Positions 60,272 through 63,682 of a stretch of DNA of 63,682 bases are shown here, piece after piece. The DNA lies in contig NW_008246110.1 in assembly GCF_000281045.1 (NCBI RefSeq), forward strand, positions 377,444 to 441,125, read 5' to 3'. The DNA is from Saprolegnia diclina VS20 (lineage: Eukaryota). Within the stretch, counting starts at the first letter, position 1; each line of letters opens with the position of its first letter. The notes beneath the pieces were generated by a model that saw nothing but the letters and a program-made list of their open reading frames with translations, searched no databases and had not been told where the DNA came from. A program made the translations under genes and the position numbers.

Positions 60272-62340
60272 TTAAGCCAAGCAAACACCGCGGTTGTAGA
60301 CAAAGTGTTTGCTGCCAATGAGCTTGCGCAGCGACGTCGTCGATGCGGGCGTCGTCACCGCGGTGAATTCGTTGCCCGTGATCGTACCCTTGGGTGACGC
60401 GGGACGACGGCAGCCCAGAAGGATCGGTACCAAGGCGTACGTCGACACGACGAGCGTGAGTGGCGCCGTCTTAAGAAGCTTGAGCTTGGCAAAGCACTTG
60501 TCACCTTCTTTCCCGCTCGGTGTGGGGCACACATTGAGCGCGACCTCGACACGGCTGGTGGTGCGCTCGACGATCGTAGCAAAACCGAGGACCGCCTGCG
60601 CACTCGGCTTGCAAAAGACTTTGTTGCCGATGCTGATCGCAGACTCTTCGCCCAGCGGAAGACTTGTGAGCAGCCGCGGAAGGCGTGTCGCTGAGAGCAG
60701 TGCATTGCGCTGAGTCCATGCGATGTCGAGAGTCCACTACGTCGACGCGTCACATTCCATCCTACAGGTTGGTCTACTTGTACGTACTTGACGGTCGTAG
60801 AGGTATCGGCAACTCATGGCTGACAGAATAGAAAAGCCCAAGCAGCTCATCAACGGATAGACGAGCCATGGAAGCAGGAGCGACCCGATGCAGGCGACGC
60901 TTGCTGTGTTGTATGCACCGGCCGGTCGGTCGACGCCGTTGATGGTGAGCGGAAGGCTCCACGCCCCAGCGTAAAACGCGTTGCTGACATTTTCAAACTG
61001 TCCGTGGGTGCAGTAGACAATGCTTCCAATGCTACTATAAACAAACAGTCGGCTCGAAAACGGCAAGAGGCGCGACGACGGCAATGGCAAGCGCTGCAGC
61101 ATGACCACGCAGCAGAGCGCCACATAGACGGCGAAGGTAGCGAGCAGCACAATCGAGANNNNNNNNNNNNNNNNNNNNNNNNNNNNNNNNNNNNNNNNNN
61201 NNNNNNNNNNNNNNNNNNNNNNNNNNNNNNNNNNNNNNNNNNNNNNNNNNNNNNNNNNNNNNNNNNNNNNNNNNNNNNNNNNNNNNNNNNNNNNNNNNNN
61301 NNNNNNNNNNNNNNNNNNNNNNNNNNNNNNNNNNNNNNNNNNNNNNNNNNNNNNNNNNNNNNNNNNNNNNNNNNNNNNNNNNNNNNNNNNNNNNNNNNNN
61401 NNNNNNNNNNNNNNNNNNNNNNNNNNNNNNNNNNNNNNNNNNNNNNNNNNNNNNNNNNNNNNNNNNNNNNNNNNNNNNNNNNNNNNNNNNNNNNNNNNNN
61501 NNNNNNNNNNNNNNNNNNNNNNNNNNNNNNNNNNNNNNNNNNNNNNNNNNNNNNNNNNNNNNNNNNNNNNNNNNNNNNNNNNNNNNNNNNNNNNNNNNNN
61601 NNNNNNNNNNNNNNNNNNNNNNNNNNNNNNNNNNNNNNNNNNNNNNNNNNNNNNNNNNNNNNNNNNNNNNNNNNNNNNNNNNNNNNNNNNNNNNNNNNNN
61701 NNNNNNNNNNNNNNNNNNNNNNNNNNNNNNNNNNNNNNNNNNNNNNNNNNNNNNNNNNNNNNNNNNNNNNNNNNNNNNNNNNNNNNNNNNNNNNNNNNNN
61801 NNNNNNNNNNNNNNNNNNNNNNNNNNNNNNNNNNNNNNNNNNNNNNNNNNNNNNNNNNNNNNNNNNNNNNNNNNNNNNNNNNNNNNNNNNNNNNNNNNNN
61901 NNNNNNNNNNNNNNNNNNNNNNNNNNNNNNNNNNNNNNNNNNNNNNNNNNNNNNNNNNNNNNNNNNNNNNNNNNNNNNNNNNNNNNNNNNNNNNNNNNNN
62001 NNNNNNNNNNNNNNNNNNNNNNNNNNNNNNNNNNNNNNNNNNNNNNNNNNNNNNNNNNNNNNNNNNNNNNNNNNNNNNNNNNNNNNNNNNNNNNNNNNNN
62101 NNNNNNNNNNNNNNNNNNNNNNNNNNNNNNNNNNNNNNNNNNNNNNNNNNNNNNNNNNAGCGTTGCGAGCGAGAGAAAGATGAGGCCGCCAGCGACGAGG
62201 TTGGAGCCGATGCGGCCAAAGACTACGAGGCTGCTCGCCTGCGCGCGGGCGTCCAAGATGGTGGACGGGCGGGCGAAGCTACTGCTGGCGCGCGACCCGA
62301 GGCGGGAGCCTGCCGATGCTATCACTGCGTGCAACCTCAT
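60272..62340 (-). CDS. Multi-pass membrane protein of unknown function, tandem paralog 1 (spans assembly gap)
   Basis: Hydrophobic segments; AFYAGAWSLPLTINGVDRPAGAY, LPLGEESAISIGNKVFCKPS and terminal FVYNRGVC are shared with the adjacent copy. Confidence 0.7.
61159..62158. other. Assembly gap (1,000 N)
   Basis: Run of N characters. Confidence 1.
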
Positions 62341-62731
62341 GGCAATATGTTATGTGAGGTCGGATCACAGAGTAAGAACAGCGCTGAAACGCCACCAGTA
62401 GCGGACTCGTCAACGGCGCGCACCCAGTATGAGGATCGCAATCTTCTGATAGATTCGAAATTTCCGCCGTGTCTCTGTACCGGTAACGTCATGTTGACGG
62501 CGCTCAAGTGAGCCCTCCGAGATATCTCTGTGGCACCGAGTCGGGTAGAGTGGTAAGCGCTGCTCTACGAGCCATCCAGCCATCCATTTTGCATTGGAAT
62601 GGCGATCGACAGCAGCATTTCCACCGTGTCATCTACCATGATCGCGCTCCACGGCCGCGCGGCGTGTGCACACGGACTGTGTACACACCTTTTCTTTAGA
62701 GAATGGACAACGTGTCTCAACTCTTTGCGTC

Positions 62732-63682
62732 CTAGTTGACGCAGAAACCGCGACTGTACACAAAGCGCTTGGTCGCGTGGTCGCTATTTCCGCTGTCCGA
62801 GGTCGAAACAAACTGGTTGGCGGCCACAGACCCAAAAGGCCGCGGTCGAAGGCATCCGAGTAGCACGGGCAGTAGTTGGTACGTGCTGAGCACAAGCGCG
62901 ACTGGCGCGTTGGCCTTGGGCAGCGCGGCGACCGAGCTCGACGACGGTCCCCCGCGCGTCTCAGTCTGGGTCGTTGTAGCAGCAAACACCTTTGTCGACG
63001 TCCCTTGCGTCACGGTTGCGTAGCCGAGGATGGCCTGGGTGCTCGGCTTGCAAAAGCACTTGTTGCCGATCGTGATCGCAGCCTCTTGCCCCAACGGCAA
63101 GCTCGTGAGGTAGCTTGGCTTGCGCGTTGCGAGCAAGAACGCATTGGTCGCCGTCCACGTCGTGCTGATCGACCACTAGACACCATAGTACATGACAAAG
63201 TGTACAAAACACATCCGGTGGTACACTGCGGCACGTAACGTAGCGGTGGGCCGTGGCCAAACCGATCGAGGCCAGTATCGACACGAGCGCAGGATACAGC
63301 ATGTGTGTCAGCAAGAGCGATGCCGCCGACGGGACACTCGCCATGTCGTAGGCACCGGCGGGGCGGTCGACGCCGTTGATGGTGAGCGGGAGGTTCCACG
63401 CCCCAGCATAAAAAGCATTGCTGACAGTTGCAAACTCGGGATTTAGACAGAGAACGACGCTGACGGTCGTAGCGTAGAGCAGGATTGGTGTCGAGAACGG
63501 CACCAGCCGCGACGTCGGCGACGGCACATGCTGTACGCTCAGAAGGAGCAGCAGCGAGGCGTACGCCACAAAGTTGCCGAGCATTACGAGCGAGAGGAGC
63601 CAGATCTGATTGCCGTTGGGCGTGCCGTAGTAGATGCGGGCGACGTCGGCGTACAAGAGCGACGGCGCCGCGTTGAGTGTCA
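62732..63682 (-). CDS. Multi-pass membrane protein, tandem paralog 2 (5' end outside window)
   Basis: AFYAGAWNLPLTINGVDRPAGAY, LPLGQEAAITIGNKCFCKPS, FVYSRGFCVN*; YADVARIYYG motif; intron about 63177-63238. Confidence 0.75.

Noticed and set aside
60850..62401. Long ORFs containing poly-X
   Set aside because: Artefacts of translating through the N gap.

Overview
Gene-dense eukaryotic DNA, most likely an oomycete of the Saprolegnia type. This is an inference from high GC3, many 40-70 nt GT-AG introns, very short intergenic spacers, and a stramenopile-like gene set. About 22 protein-coding genes can be supported: a PDR-type ABCG transporter (apparent 4-bp frameshift), a ~4,400-aa multi-domain HECT E3 ligase, a TPR membrane protein, SUV3, a glycosyltransferase, a non-RD kinase, a lysophospholipid acyltransferase, a CRT-like transporter, an atypical E2F (E2F7/8/DEL) divergent from RAD17, a PX-like protein, MOT1, PRP40, ribophorin II, CBP/p300, an ODC-family decarboxylase, TDP1, two tandem paralogous membrane proteins (one spanning a 1-kb N gap) and several hypothetical genes. 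I saw no RNA genes, CRISPR arrays or intact transposons. The best leads are: (1) a TPR/zinc-ribbon protein ending in a near-perfect 4E-BP/eIF4G eIF4E-binding motif (YDRKFLL); (2) an ODC-like enzyme missing both ornithine-binding aspartates and preceded by a short uORF; (3) a HECT ligase carrying several glycan-binding-type modules; (4) RAD17 fused to ubiquitin-binding-type NZF fingers; (5) recurring paired CCAAT boxes and an E2F site; (6) a G-rich motif after stop codons. All family calls come from motif recognition by eye, and exon boundaries were inferred manually.
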